From contig OZ240245.1 in NCBI GenBank assembly GCA_965198175.1, forward strand, positions 3,680,001 through 3,744,000: a stretch of DNA of 64,000 nucleotides. The letters run 5' to 3'. The stretch is from Candidatus Poribacteria bacterium (GTDB taxonomy: Bacteria > Poribacteria > WGA-4E > PCPOR2b). Below the pieces are notes generated by a model. The model saw only the letters and a list, made by a program, of their open reading frames with translations. It was not told the origin of the DNA and did no database searches. Within the stretch, counting starts at the first letter, position 1, and each line of letters opens with the position of its first letter. Made by a program: the position numbers and the translations under genes. Below, piece by piece: positions 10,833-20,626 of the stretch.

Positions 10833-11633
10833 ATGACTGTAAATCAAAGCGTGAGATTCACTTTGGATATTTTCGCCTTATGCGGCTTGGTGTTGATTTT
10901 TCTAGTCGCCATCCAATCTCCATTGTGGGCTGAAGCTCAGAAAGCAGATCTTGATGTCAAAGCTATCATCAAAGCGGTTGATGAACTCTATCGGAGTCAA
11001 ACTAGCCATGCGGACATTGAGATGCAGATCGTCACACCCCACTGGGAAAGAACATTGTCGCTCGCAATCTGGACAAAGGAGATGGATAAGACCTTCATCC
11101 TGATCAAGTCTCCGAAAAAAGAGAAGGGCGTTGCGACGTTACGAATCGGAAATGAAATGTGGAACTATCTGCCCAAGACTAACAAGGTGATGAAAGTGCC
11201 ACCATCAATGATGATGGGATCTTGGATGGGTTCTGATTTTACAAATGATGACCTCGTCAAAGAGTCATCAATGATTGAGGATTATACCTACGAACTGATC
11301 ACACCGGCGGATGCCCAACCCGACCATCTTTATATTCAGCTGCTGCCAAAGGAGGACTCACCGATTGTCTGGGGCAAACTTATCGTCGCTATCCGAGTGA
11401 GCGACCGGATTCCGGTTTGGCAGCATTTCCACGATGAAGCGGGGCGTCTGACGCGAGTTATGAATTTCAAAGAAATCAAATCGTTTGACGGAAAGACCAT
11501 ACCATCGGTGATGGAGATGATACCGCAGAACAAAGAAGGGCACAAAACCGTCGTACGCTTCGTGGATGCTGCGTTTGACAAGGGGATTGACAAAAAAATC
11601 TTCACACGCCGAAACCTGCAGAAGCGGAGATAG
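10833..11633 (+). CDS. Outer membrane lipoprotein-sorting protein (LolA-like)
   Basis: SPKKEKGVATL, MWNYLP and SWMGSDFTNDDL motifs; signal peptide. Confidence 0.85.
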   Translation: MTVNQSVRFTLDIFALCGLVLIFLVAIQSPLWAEAQKADLDVKAIIKAVDELYRSQTSHADIEMQIVTPHWERTLSLAIWTKEMDKTFILIKSPKKEKGVATLRIGNEMWNYLPKTNKVMKVPPSMMMGSWMGSDFTNDDLVKESSMIEDYTYELITPADAQPDHLYIQLLPKEDSPIVWGKLIVAIRVSDRIPVWQHFHDEAGRLTRVMNFKEIKSFDGKTIPSVMEMIPQNKEGHKTVVRFVDAAFDKGIDKKIFTRRNLQKRR

Positions 11634-11663
11634 GTAGGGCATGAGTGAACTGGTACAGGCTTA

Positions 11664-12899
11664 ATGCTTCGATATACGCTTATGATGACACTTAAAATTG
11701 CATTCCGCAATATTTTCCGTCAAAAACGACGCACAATTCTAACCGCACTCGCAATGATAGTCGGATTTACACTCTCCTCTGTGTTCATTGGCTGGTCTGA
11801 CGGCGCGTATTCCGATATTATTGAGATGTTTACGCAGAACCGGATTGGGCATATTCAGGTGCATCGGGGTGGCTATCTCGAAAAACCGTCGCTCTATAAG
11901 ACGATGGATGACTACGAGACAATCGGGAAAACCATTGAGGGCGTAAAAGGGGTAGAGGCGTGGACGCCGCGAGTGTACTCGGCAGGACTCGGCTCGGTTG
12001 ATGAAAAAAGCACTACCGTACAAATCATCGGCATTGATGCGGCGCGTGAAGTTCAAGCGACCCGATTTGATAAGAAAATCATTGATGGAGAGGTAATCTC
12101 AGTGCAGCCAGCGCGCGAAGCGGTTTTAGGCAAGGGACTCGCGAAAAACCTTGCTGCGGCGGTCGGCGACGAAATCGTGATTGTCTCGCAGGGTGCCGAT
12201 GGCTCAATCGCTAACGAATTGTATGAGATTGTTGGCATTGCAGAAAGCGGCGACGACAGCACAGATCGGATGGCGTGTTATCTCCACATCGGAAACGCGC
12301 AGGAATTGCTTGTTCTTGAAGGACGCTCCCACGAAATTGTTGTGATTGTGTCAAACATCAATCGTGTACTCAAAATCACGAAGGCAATCGAAGCCAGTCT
12401 TGATGATTCAATGCTCGATGTTGCCCCTTGGCAGGAGGTCGCCAAATCCTTTTTTCGGGCGATGCAGGCGGACAAGAAGGGTGATGCTATCGGGCGGATT
12501 ATCATCATGCTCATCGTCGCTATCGGTGTACTGAACACGGTCCTGATGTCGGTACTAGAGAGAACGAGCGAATATGGCGTATTGAAGGCGATCGGAACGA
12601 AACCGGTGCAAATCTTTGGGCTAGTGATTTGTGAAGTGCTCATCATCGCCCTCGGCAGCATAGTCGTCGGTGCTGTGCTCGGCGCTTCGATTAACCATCT
12701 GCTATCGATATATGGTATCACCATGCCACAGGAATTTACTTACGGCGGTATCAAATTTCAGACGATGTACGCCGAGGTCAACGCACGAAGTCTCATTATT
12801 CCCGCGATTACCGTCATTCTATCGGCAGGGATAGTCAGTATATTTCCTGCGCTGAAGGCGGCACGAATTCTGCCGGCTAGAGCGATGCGAACGCATTGA
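11664..12899 (+). CDS. ABC transporter permease, FtsX/LolE/MacB-like
   Basis: AFRNIFRQKRRT, GHIQV and NTVLMSVLERTSEYGVLKAIG motifs. Confidence 0.9.
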   Translation: MLRYTLMMTLKIAFRNIFRQKRRTILTALAMIVGFTLSSVFIGWSDGAYSDIIEMFTQNRIGHIQVHRGGYLEKPSLYKTMDDYETIGKTIEGVKGVEAWTPRVYSAGLGSVDEKSTTVQIIGIDAAREVQATRFDKKIIDGEVISVQPAREAVLGKGLAKNLAAAVGDEIVIVSQGADGSIANELYEIVGIAESGDDSTDRMACYLHIGNAQELLVLEGRSHEIVVIVSNINRVLKITKAIEASLDDSMLDVAPWQEVAKSFFRAMQADKKGDAIGRIIIMLIVAIGVLNTVLMSVLERTSEYGVLKAIGTKPVQIFGLVICEVLIIALGSIVVGAVLGASINHLLSIYGITMPQEFTYGGIKFQTMYAEVNARSLIIPAITVILSAGIVSIFPALKAARILPARAMRTH

Positions 12900-12961
12900 G
12901 ACAAGCAATCAAGGAGCAGAACAGATAACCTTTCACACATCACATTTCACGGTTCAAAATC

Positions 12962-14191
12962 ATGTGGTTAATCCTCATCAAACTGGCTTGGAGAAATCTC
13001 TTTCGGAATAAACGGCGCACCATCATTGCTTCGATAGCGATTGGTATCGGTTTGGCTGTGCTGATCTTCGCTGATGCGCTGTGGGTTGGAATGGAGCAGA
13101 ACATGGTCAAAACCGCCACTGCTTCGTTTCTCGGCGATGGGCAGATTCATCGCGAAGGCTTCCGCGACACGCAAGCAGTTGAAATGACAATCAATCAACT
13201 CAACGAAGTGATTGATGCCCTCTCGCAAGAAGCGATTGTCGAACAGTTTACACCCCGAACGTTCGCTTTCGGGATGATTACCTCGCCGGCAAATGTCAGC
13301 GCAATTAACCTAGTGGGAGCCCAACCATCGACAGAGCGGTTCTTATCCCAGATCGATGACGCAATCATAGAGGGGGCATACTTTGAAGGTGATAACAATC
13401 GCGATATTGTGATTGGTGCGAAACTGGCAGAACTCCTTGAGATTACACTTGGCAATAGGATCGTCGTCACCGTCGCCCAGTCGGAGAGCGGCGATTTGTC
13501 CCAAGAGATGTTTCGGATTTCAGGGATCTATCATTTTGCCGACGAGGCGATGAACAGCAGCATGGCATTTGTGCGGTTGGAAAAAGCGCAAGAGATGCTT
13601 GCTATCGGTTCCGGTGTCCATGAGATTGCCATCAAATTTACCGACACAAAATACGGACAGAATAAAGACATTCCATTTTGGGAGCGGTATTCTCAACACG
13701 GCAACGAAGCGTTAAGTTGGACGGAGATCCTACCCCAATTGCAAGCCGTATTCGAGATGTCTAAGTATAGCAAGTACATCATGGGAGTTATCCTCTTTGG
13801 TGTTGTTGTGTTCGGAATTATCAATACGCTTTTTATGTCGCTGTATGAACGGATGTTCGAGTTTGGCGTATTACGCGCCGTTGGTACCCGTGCGTTTGGG
13901 ATGGCGCGACTGATCTTATTTGAAGCCGGGGCGTTAGCGACTGTGAGTATCGCCCTCGGCGCCATCCTCGGTTTTGGCTCGACGTGGATGTTCGCAAAGA
14001 TCGGAATTGATTACACCGGCATTGAAATGATGGGGGTGACGATGCAGGAGCTCATCTATCCCATCATGACGGTCAAACCGTTCATCTTATATCCGATCTG
14101 TGTTTTTATCTTTACCATTATCACCGGGCTATATCCCGCTCGATATGCAGCGAAGATAGCCCCAGCGACTGCGATGCGTAGAAGCTTTTAA
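12962..14191 (+). CDS. ABC transporter permease, FtsX/LolE/MacB-like (second subunit)
   Basis: LAWRNLFRNKRRT and NTLFMSLYERMFEFGVLRAVG motifs. Confidence 0.9.
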   Translation: MWLILIKLAWRNLFRNKRRTIIASIAIGIGLAVLIFADALWVGMEQNMVKTATASFLGDGQIHREGFRDTQAVEMTINQLNEVIDALSQEAIVEQFTPRTFAFGMITSPANVSAINLVGAQPSTERFLSQIDDAIIEGAYFEGDNNRDIVIGAKLAELLEITLGNRIVVTVAQSESGDLSQEMFRISGIYHFADEAMNSSMAFVRLEKAQEMLAIGSGVHEIAIKFTDTKYGQNKDIPFWERYSQHGNEALSWTEILPQLQAVFEMSKYSKYIMGVILFGVVVFGIINTLFMSLYERMFEFGVLRAVGTRAFGMARLILFEAGALATVSIALGAILGFGSTWMFAKIGIDYTGIEMMGVTMQELIYPIMTVKPFILYPICVFIFTIITGLYPARYAAKIAPATAMRRSF

Positions 14192-14239
14192 GTCAGCAAG
14201 AGCGGTAGGAGGAAGGAACAAAAGGATCTGTTTTACGTT

Positions 14240-14953
14240 TTGCACAAGGAGTTAACTTTGGCGAATACTGATGTCATTGTCACAGAAAAGATTACGAAGG
14301 TGTATACGGGAAATGGTGTGCCCGTCGAAGCCCTTCGGGGAGTTGATTTGACGATTCAATCAGGAGAGTTTACGGCGTTGGTGGGACCGTCTGGGTCGGG
14401 GAAAACCACACTTCTCAACATCATTTCCGGGTTGGATGCACCGACAGATGGAAAGGTCTGGCTGTCGGGCAAGCTGCTGTCGGGTATGAGCGGCAATGAG
14501 CTGTCCGATTTTCGCCGAGACAACATCGGTTTCATCTTTCAGGCGTACAACCTCATTCCCGTGCTGAAAGTGGAAGAGAACGTGGAATACATTATGCTCT
14601 TGCAGCGTGTGTCCAAGGCGGAACGGCATAGACGCGTTGCCGCAATGCTTGAGGAGGTAGGGCTAGCAGGATTTGCGGACCGAAACCCACCGCAACTCTC
14701 AGGTGGGCAGCAACAGCGTGTCGCCATTGCACGGGCGATGGTCTCTGAACCTGCGATTATCCTCGCGGATGAGCCGACCGCGAACCTCGACTCGAGAACA
14801 GGTGCAGACCTGCTTGATATGATGAGTCACCTCAATGCACGTACAAACATGACCTTCGTATTTTCAACCCACGATCCAATGGTGATGGAGAGGGCGAGGC
14901 GTTTGATAACGCTGAAGGACGGACAAGTTGAGAGTGACGAGATTAAAGGGTAG
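14240..14953 (+). CDS. ABC transporter ATP-binding protein (LolD-like)
   Basis: Walker [33 protein letters not shown]. Confidence 0.92.
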   Translation: MHKELTLANTDVIVTEKITKVYTGNGVPVEALRGVDLTIQSGEFTALVGPSGSGKTTLLNIISGLDAPTDGKVWLSGKLLSGMSGNELSDFRRDNIGFIFQAYNLIPVLKVEENVEYIMLLQRVSKAERHRRVAAMLEEVGLAGFADRNPPQLSGGQQQRVAIARAMVSEPAIILADEPTANLDSRTGADLLDMMSHLNARTNMTFVFSTHDPMVMERARRLITLKDGQVESDEIKG

Positions 14954-16184
14954 CGTGGGCATCACCTGCCAAAGGCATCTGTGGTGGATGATGATTCTGC
15001 TCCCAACCATCGCCTTAGCCAACGATGAGTTTCAAATCAGCGGGTATTACAAAAACTTTTCCACAGGTTTGGCTTCCCCCTTGCCAGACACACCAATTAT
15101 CGGTGCGGTGAACAATCGACTGCGACTGAATTGCACTTACGCGCCCTTTGATACGTTCTCGTTCGACCTCTCCTACGATTTCGCTCCGCGTATTCAAGAC
15201 CCCTCACTGTTTTCTGAACCGCCAATTGCAGCCTCCACGGATTCGCTCCGCTATCGCGTTGTGGATTTTGATTCCGCTATCTATCCGGGCACGAATGACC
15301 CGGTCGGTAGTTTCGGTCTCTTTCAGAATCTCGATCGTGCTTCCATTGCGTACGTTGCCGATTTTGGGGACATCACAATCGGTCGCCAAGCCATCGCATG
15401 GGGAAGTGCGCGGGTCGTAAACCCGACGGACGTTATCGCTCCCTACGCCTACAATCAACTGGACACGGAGGACCGAATCGGTGTGGATGCAATTAGAGTT
15501 CAGATCCCGATTGGTGTGTTGGGAGAGTTTGATACCGGCTATGTTTTCGGCGAGAATTTGAGGGTTGAAAAGAGTGCCTTCTTCCTCCGAAGCCAACTGA
15601 ATGCGATAGAAACGGACTTCTCAATTTCACTGTTAGGATTTCGTGAACACCTGATGACCGGTGTTGACATAGCGCGGGGAATCGGCGGTGCCGGGTTCTG
15701 GCTTGAAGCGGGCTACGTTTACGCCAATGCGTTCGATAGCGAAAACGCGGAAGCAGAAAACTATCTCCGCGCGTCAATAGGTCTGGACTACAGTTTCGGT
15801 GGGGTGGCTTACGGATTCATCGAATATCATTTCAGCGGCGCAGGGGCAGGGGCACCGGAGGATTATCTTGCCAATCTGACTCAGCCAGCGTACACCGATG
15901 GGGGAGTCTATCTCATGGGTAAGCACTACTTTGTTCCCGGGCTGACCTGCCAAATCACGCCGCTCATCTCGTTGAGTACCGTAATACTATCGAACACCTC
16001 CGATTCCTCGGTGTTCCCCTCTGTACAGATTGAATACAATTTCGCACAGGACATTTATCTCTCCGCTGGTGGATTAATCGGAATCGGCAAACGTCCTGAA
16101 ACTGAAGACGACGAAACACAATTCAGATCGGAATTTGGTGGATATTCTAGCTTTTATTTCCTTTCGTTTCGGATTTATTTCTGA
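14928..16184 (+). CDS. Putative outer-membrane beta-barrel protein associated with the ABC/LolA-like operon
   Basis: Signal peptide; IGRQAIAWGS..NPTD motif; alternating beta-strand pattern; ends in YF. Confidence 0.65.
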   Translation: MRVTRLKGSVGITCQRHLWWMMILLPTIALANDEFQISGYYKNFSTGLASPLPDTPIIGAVNNRLRLNCTYAPFDTFSFDLSYDFAPRIQDPSLFSEPPIAASTDSLRYRVVDFDSAIYPGTNDPVGSFGLFQNLDRASIAYVADFGDITIGRQAIAWGSARVVNPTDVIAPYAYNQLDTEDRIGVDAIRVQIPIGVLGEFDTGYVFGENLRVEKSAFFLRSQLNAIETDFSISLLGFREHLMTGVDIARGIGGAGFWLEAGYVYANAFDSENAEAENYLRASIGLDYSFGGVAYGFIEYHFSGAGAGAPEDYLANLTQPAYTDGGVYLMGKHYFVPGLTCQITPLISLSTVILSNTSDSSVFPSVQIEYNFAQDIYLSAGGLIGIGKRPETEDDETQFRSEFGGYSSFYFLSFRIYF

Positions 16185-16374
16185 CGATGCGTTGATTGCA
16201 AATGGCTGACCCTCGAATAAATAACTCTGAGCCTTTAAGAATAGTTTTGTATTAGTCAAAGAGATGGTTTACTCATTGCGCTGCTACCGTGGATTGACAG
16301 GTTTTGTCAATGAGGACTTGGAAATCCAAACCGAGGGGTATTGAGTAGCGATTTCTATAGGCTAACCAGTTACA

Positions 16375-16483
16375 GAAACCGAGTTTTCAAGAAAAAACTC
16401 GGTTTCAAGAATCACATTCTGCTCCGCTGGAGCAGAAGGCTGGAAATTTTAGGCGGCTATAAACATGGCGCTCCGCTGGAGCG
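16375..16483. repeat. Cluster of short palindromic REP-like hairpins
   Basis: gaaaccgagtttt/aaaactcggtttc (16375-16406) and two copies of gctccgctggagc (about 16421 and 16470). Confidence 0.6.
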
Positions 16484-16546
16484 TAAGAACAAAGCGTTTG
16501 CGGGTGTCTATATTCTACTTGACCATTACACTTTTTGAATATTTTC

Positions 16547-16575
16547 TTGCAAATAAAGATCTAATATGCTATACT
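16547..16575 (+). promoter_or_regulatory. sigma70-type promoter of the pyr operon
   Basis: TTGCAA-17 nt-TATACT with extended TG. Confidence 0.7.
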
Positions 16576-16612
16576 CACATTAATCTTTCATGTTGTCGAG
16601 GTCGAACAAACT

Positions 16613-16648
16613 CTCCTTTTAATCTGATCCGGCGAGGTTAGAAAAGGG
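16613..16648 (+). promoter_or_regulatory. PyrR-binding RNA stem-loop (pyr attenuator)
   Basis: CCTTTTAATCTGATCCGGCGAGGTTAGAAAAGG fits the CUUUAA...RUCCNGNGAGGYU...AAGG pattern; sits upstream of the pyrR operon. Confidence 0.8.
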
Positions 16649-16700
16649 TGCAATACGCAACCTGCAACTATTATCATTGTTCATTTTCTATTGTCAGATA

Positions 16701-16728
16701 GCCTCCCTGTCTTGAGGGAGGTTTTTTT
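16701..16728 (+). terminator. Attenuator terminator in the pyr leader
   Basis: gcctccct-gtcttg-agggaggt followed by a T-run, immediately before the first CDS. Confidence 0.8.
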
Positions 16729-17358
16729 ATGCGACGGATTCCCCGATTGATTATGAATGCAAAAGCCGTGTTAGACTTGATTGAAGAGATAGGCGTTCTT
16801 AAGAATCTCCCCCGTACCGGTTGGCGGTTTAGCGGGATTAAAAACGCCGAGAGTGTGGCAGATCATTGCTATCGCGTATCTCTTCTGTCAATGCTCTTAG
16901 CTGATGTGTTGACAAAACAGAACGTCACGTTAAACGTTGAAAAGGTGATTCGAATTGCGCTGCTACATGATGTTGCCGAGGCAAGGATTGGTGATGTGCC
17001 ATTTCCAGCCCTAGAATATATACCTGAAGATATCAAAGAGGCCGGCGAAAAAGCCGCATTGCAGTCAATGTTTGAGGGTTTTGACACCCTTCTACAAAAT
17101 TACACTGACTTATGGGAAGAATTTGAAAAAGGCACATCGCTGGAAGGAAAATTAGTGCGAGCGGCAGATAAACTTGAACTGATGATTCAAGTGTTTGAAT
17201 ATGAAAAATTGGGCTATCGATCGCTCGACCAGTTTTGGACGAACACTTGGAACCATGAAGGATTTGATGATTTTGCACTGGTTCGCGAAATCATGGATTT
17301 ACTTGTCGAAAGAAGGGAAGAGGTGTTATCGAAATGCGCGAAAAAGCACAGGTTATGA
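16729..17358 (+). CDS. HD-domain hydrolase, YfbR/HDDC2-like 5'-deoxynucleotidase family (alternative start ATG 16753)
   Basis: LKNLPRTGW, ESVADH, ALLHDVAEARIGD and ADKLE motifs. Confidence 0.85.
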   Translation: MRRIPRLIMNAKAVLDLIEEIGVLKNLPRTGWRFSGIKNAESVADHCYRVSLLSMLLADVLTKQNVTLNVEKVIRIALLHDVAEARIGDVPFPALEYIPEDIKEAGEKAALQSMFEGFDTLLQNYTDLWEEFEKGTSLEGKLVRAADKLELMIQVFEYEKLGYRSLDQFWTNTWNHEGFDDFALVREIMDLLVERREEVLSKCAKKHRL

Positions 17359-17879
17359 CTTCCGAGGACATTCGACGCGCTTTGACCAGAATCTCACACG
17401 AGATTCTGGAACACAATCATCGTGAAATTGCCGATCTCGCGCTGATTGGGATTAAGAGCCGAGGAGATTACTTGGCTCATCGCATCGCCAAAAACTTGGA
17501 AACTATCGAAAATATTAAAGTTCCTGTGGGTGTAGTCGACGTGCGTTTGTATCGAGACGACGTAAATCTCTATGAGGAAGAGATAAAGATTAACCGGACA
17601 GATATTCCCTTTAGCGTTGCAGGCAGATGTATTATTCTGGTTGATGAGGTTATCTACACAGGGCGCACCATACGTGCTGCGATGGATGCCGTCATGGATT
17701 TTGGACGTCCGGCGGCAATTCAGCTTGCTGTGCTCATAGATCGAGGACATCGCGAACTACCAATCTCTGCGAATTTTGTCGGCAAAAATATTCCGACATC
17801 GCGAAAGGAAATCGTGCGTGTCCAATTGGTAGAAGAGCATGGGTCGGATCGAGCAGCGATTTATGAGGGGGATGAATGA
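17334..17879 (+). CDS. pyrR: Bifunctional pyr operon regulator/uracil phosphoribosyltransferase PyrR
   Basis: RRALTRISHEILE, LYRDD, ILVDEVIYTGRT and LIDRGHRELPI motifs. Confidence 0.95.
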   Translation: MREKAQVMTSEDIRRALTRISHEILEHNHREIADLALIGIKSRGDYLAHRIAKNLETIENIKVPVGVVDVRLYRDDVNLYEEEIKINRTDIPFSVAGRCIILVDEVIYTGRTIRAAMDAVMDFGRPAAIQLAVLIDRGHRELPISANFVGKNIPTSRKEIVRVQLVEEHGSDRAAIYEGDE

Positions 17880-19165
17880 GTCGAATTCTCATCCGCAATG
17901 GACACATGGTTGATCCCGCCAACCAGATTGATTCGATTCAAGACCTTCTCATCTGTGATGGGAGAATCACTCAAATTGGGGAACAGATTGAGGTTGAAGC
18001 GCATAGAATCATAGATGCCAGAGGGTTGATTGTTGCGCCGGGTTTGATTGATATGCACGTCCATCTACGGGAACCTGGCTTTGAACACAAAGAAACCATC
18101 TCATCGGGCACCCACGCAGCGGCGGTGGGCGGATTTACATCGGTTGTCTGTATGGCGAATACTAAACCGGTTGCTGATTCCCCGAACGTAATTCGATTTA
18201 TCCAACTACAGGCAGAGCAAGATGGTGCCGCTAATGTGTTCCCAATCGGCAGCATCACGAAAAATCTCGCAGGCGACGAGGTGACTAATGTTCCAGCCCT
18301 GCTGGAAGCTGGAGCGGTTGCGTTATCCGATGATGGGAAAACCGTCATGAACTCCGCGCTAATGCAGAAGGCTTTAGCGTGGAGTGCGGAACTAGAATTT
18401 CCCGTCGCGGTTCACTGCGAAGAGCACAATCTGAATGAAGGAGCGGTGATGAACCTCGGTGAAACCTCGCGCAGACTGAATTTGCCCGGCAGCCCCAACG
18501 TAGCAGAGGACATCATCGCAGCCCGAGATATTATGCTTGCAGAGTTAACAGGGGGGCACCTTCACATTTTACACGTCAGCACCGCTGGAACTGTCGAACT
18601 GGTTCGTTCCGGAAAGCACAGGGGCATCCATGTGACAGCCGAAGCAACACCGCATCATTTCACTCTCACCGAATCTGCTGTCGAAGAACACGGTGCGAAC
18701 GCAAAAATGCATCCACCCTTGCGAACTCAGGCTGATGTTCATGCCGTGATTGAAGGACTAATTGATGGAACGCTTGATGCAATTGCTACTGATCATGCTC
18801 CTCACGCTCCGTTTGAGAAGGAACAAGGAATATACGACGCTCCTCCCGGCATCGTCGGTCTAGAAACCTGCGTGCCGCTTGTTTTCACTCAACTCATTGA
18901 TACGGGCAAGCTCACTCTATCGGAAGCGATTGCGAAGATGACGTGCGCCCCTGCGAATATTCTGCAAATCGACCGCGGTACACTCTCAATCGGCGCGGTC
19001 GCAGACGTAACGCTAATTGATCCAAAACGAGCTGTAAGAGTTGATCCGACACAATTTGTGTCCAAAAGCCGTAATACGCCCTTCAGCCATTGGGAGTTGA
19101 AGGGTTACCCGGTGATGACTATCCGCGATGGTATAGTGACGCATTCAACGATCAATACCTGCTGA
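17876..19165 (+). CDS. pyrC: Dihydroorotase
   Basis: PGLIDMHVHLREPG, CMANTKP and IATDHAPH motifs. Confidence 0.95.
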   Translation: MSRILIRNGHMVDPANQIDSIQDLLICDGRITQIGEQIEVEAHRIIDARGLIVAPGLIDMHVHLREPGFEHKETISSGTHAAAVGGFTSVVCMANTKPVADSPNVIRFIQLQAEQDGAANVFPIGSITKNLAGDEVTNVPALLEAGAVALSDDGKTVMNSALMQKALAWSAELEFPVAVHCEEHNLNEGAVMNLGETSRRLNLPGSPNVAEDIIAARDIMLAELTGGHLHILHVSTAGTVELVRSGKHRGIHVTAEATPHHFTLTESAVEEHGANAKMHPPLRTQADVHAVIEGLIDGTLDAIATDHAPHAPFEKEQGIYDAPPGIVGLETCVPLVFTQLIDTGKLTLSEAIAKMTCAPANILQIDRGTLSIGAVADVTLIDPKRAVRVDPTQFVSKSRNTPFSHWELKGYPVMTIRDGIVTHSTINTC

Positions 19166-19381
19166 AGTCCAAGAGATTCCGACAGATTCTCCTAGAAAAG
19201 GGCACAGCCCTCCGTCTACCTTATAAAGTGCAATCAAGAGAAGTAGATAGATTGAGGAATTGGGAATAGTGATTGTAAATTGTGCAACCTTCTGTGACGA
19301 TACCGGACTGTCCTTTTTGGTTCCTGTTAAGGCAACGACCTCTATGACAAGTAATTCCCCAGTTGAGGAGATTCAATCCCA

Positions 19382-20578
19382 ATGAGAGCAATTTTAGCAT
19401 TGGCCGACGGCACAATCTATGAAGGCGAACACTTCGGTGCGATTGGCGAGTCATCGGGTGAGGTTGTTTTTAATACCAGTATGACAGGCTACCAAGAAAT
19501 TCTCACCGATCCTTCTTATAAAGGGCAAATCGTCACAATGACATATCCGTTAATCGGAAATTACGGCTGTAATGATGTCGATGTCGAATCGGTTGTTCCA
19601 CAGGTCGAAGGGTTTATCGTTCGTGAATACAGTGCCCACTATAGTAACTGGCGTTCTCGATGTAGCCTCGGTACTTACCTCGAAGAACATGGAGTTATTG
19701 GTATCCATGGTGTCGATACCCGTGCTTTAACCAAAAGGCTAAGGGTCCACGGTGTTATGAATGGGGTACTTTCGACAGAAGATTATGACACTCAGCAACT
19801 TATTGCACAAGCACAAGCGTGGCAAGGGTTAATAGGTGTGGATCTAGTTCATCGAGTAACCTGCCCAAGCCCCTATTTGTGGGAGGACTCCAATTCCCAC
19901 CCAAATGCTTTCTCCGATTCAGATTTTTCAAAGTATCAAAGCAGTACGCAATTGACAAACAATTTTGATTCATCGTCAGTAGGAGTGGTACCTGAGCCAC
20001 AGTTTCGTGTCATCGCAATGGACTTCGGGATTAAATACAATATTTTACGCCAACTAACTCACCACGGTTGTCAAGTGCAAGTTGTCCCAGCCCATACCTC
20101 TGCTGAGGATATTCTTTCCGCTAACCCTAATGGAATCTTCTTATCAAACGGTCCCGGCGATCCAGATGCGGTTGACTATGCACTTGAGACAATCAAGAAA
20201 CTTATAGGTAGGAAGCCAATCTTCGGTATCTGTTTGGGCCATCAGCTATTGGGGCTTGCGTTCGGAGGAAAGAGATTCAAGCTCAAATTCGGACATCGAG
20301 GCGCAAATCAACCTGTCAAACGGCTTGAAACCAACACCGTGGAAATTACCGCCCAAAATCACGGTTTCTGTGTGGACATTGATTCACTGCCAAATACAGT
20401 TGAGATTACCCACGTCAATCTGAACGATCAAACCCTCGAAGGAATGCGGCATTCTGAACATCCTGTCTTGGCTGTACAATATCATCCGGAAGCTTCGCCC
20501 GGTCCTCACGATGCAAGCTATCTTTTCAAGCAATTTACAGACCTTATGAAAAGATACAGAAGAGAGATGAGGCATTAA
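19382..20578 (+). CDS. carA: Carbamoyl-phosphate synthase small subunit
   Basis: GEVVFNTSMTGYQE, LSNGPGDP, GICLGHQ and VQYHPEASPGP motifs. Confidence 0.97.
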   Translation: MRAILALADGTIYEGEHFGAIGESSGEVVFNTSMTGYQEILTDPSYKGQIVTMTYPLIGNYGCNDVDVESVVPQVEGFIVREYSAHYSNWRSRCSLGTYLEEHGVIGIHGVDTRALTKRLRVHGVMNGVLSTEDYDTQQLIAQAQAWQGLIGVDLVHRVTCPSPYLWEDSNSHPNAFSDSDFSKYQSSTQLTNNFDSSSVGVVPEPQFRVIAMDFGIKYNILRQLTHHGCQVQVVPAHTSAEDILSANPNGIFLSNGPGDPDAVDYALETIKKLIGRKPIFGICLGHQLLGLAFGGKRFKLKFGHRGANQPVKRLETNTVEITAQNHGFCVDIDSLPNTVEITHVNLNDQTLEGMRHSEHPVLAVQYHPEASPGPHDASYLFKQFTDLMKRYRREMRH

Positions 20579-20626
20579 AGGAACTAACACGAATCTAGTT
20601 CCTAGTGCCTGACACGTGCGCAGATT

